The position numbers and the translations under genes were made by a program. DNA of 24,110 nt from the IMG/VR virus record IMGVR_UViG_3300043414_001006, positions 1 to 24,110 of that record. One strand, written 5' to 3'. The notes under the pieces are model-generated. The model was not told the origin of the DNA, ran no database searches, and saw nothing but the letters and a program-made list of their open reading frames with translations. How positions within the stretch are numbered: position 1 is the stretch's first letter; each line of letters begins with the position of its first letter. Below are positions 23,809 through 24,110 of this stretch, one piece after another. This DNA is from a virus (Duplodnaviria; Caudoviricetes).

Positions 23809-24107
23809 CCCGCGACTGGGCGTTGGCCCTGCAGGAGCATGTTTCGGAACGAGTAGAACGCCCAGCGCCACCGGGTTGGCTGACGACAAAGGGCATCGCC
23901 GATCTTTTAAAAATTACTCCGCCACATGCGAGTCGCGTTTTGTCTTCGATGGTCAAAGCAGGAAAAGCGGAGATGAAAAAATTTTCTTCTCCCGTGCAGG
24001 TTCGCCATAAAAACGCGCTCACCGCCTACGGCCCTCGCCGTGCTTACACTCGGCTCACACCTTTTTTCCGTTTAATAAAAACAAATCAATCCAGCAAGAA
24101 AGTTTAG
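23790..24107 (+). CDS. Winged-helix / HTH DNA-binding protein
   Basis: GGAGG at 23781-23785 before in-frame ATG 23790; WLTTKGIADLLKITPPHASRVLSSMVKAG helix-turn-helix pattern. Confidence 0.7.
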   Translation: MAVSDLTRDWALALQEHVSERVERPAPPGWLTTKGIADLLKITPPHASRVLSSMVKAGKAEMKKFSSPVQVRHKNALTAYGPRRAYTRLTPFFRLIKTNQSSKKV

Positions 24108-24110
24108 GCT

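Larger units (their letters stand above)
1..24110 (+). mobile_element. Tailed phage (Caudoviricetes) late region: packaging, head, tail and lysis modules
   Basis: Co-oriented terminase-portal-protease-capsid-tail-lysis gene order with tight or overlapping junctions. No host housekeeping genes or integrase in the window, so free phage versus prophage cannot be decided. Confidence 0.97.

Overview
The window is the late (morphogenesis and lysis) region of a tailed dsDNA phage with a lambda-like head module, almost all on the + strand. Gene order: small and large (gpA-type) terminase, head-tail joining protein, lambda-family portal, protease/scaffold, major capsid, head-closure protein, then a three-gene glycosyltransferase/methyltransferase/glycosyltransferase cassette inside the structural operon. 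Tail genes follow: terminator-like protein, short tail tube, chaperone with a -1 frameshift, short tape-measure-like protein, and fibre/LamG proteins with AT-rich patches. The window ends with a structured AT-rich intergenic segment, a holin/spanin/M15 endolysin lysis cassette (implying a diderm host), a metallophosphoesterase and a winged-helix protein. The most striking unexplained signals are two recurring cis-elements. (1) TTGACA(C) lies 13-16 nt before the ATG of eight starts with no -10 box or Shine-Dalgarno, and one copy marks a hidden internal scaffold start. (2) A stem-loop followed by GAAATCCT lies right after the stop codons of four structural genes. Together they may be an undescribed late-gene expression or stoichiometry code. 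All functional calls come from motif recognition by eye and from gene order; no database searches were run.
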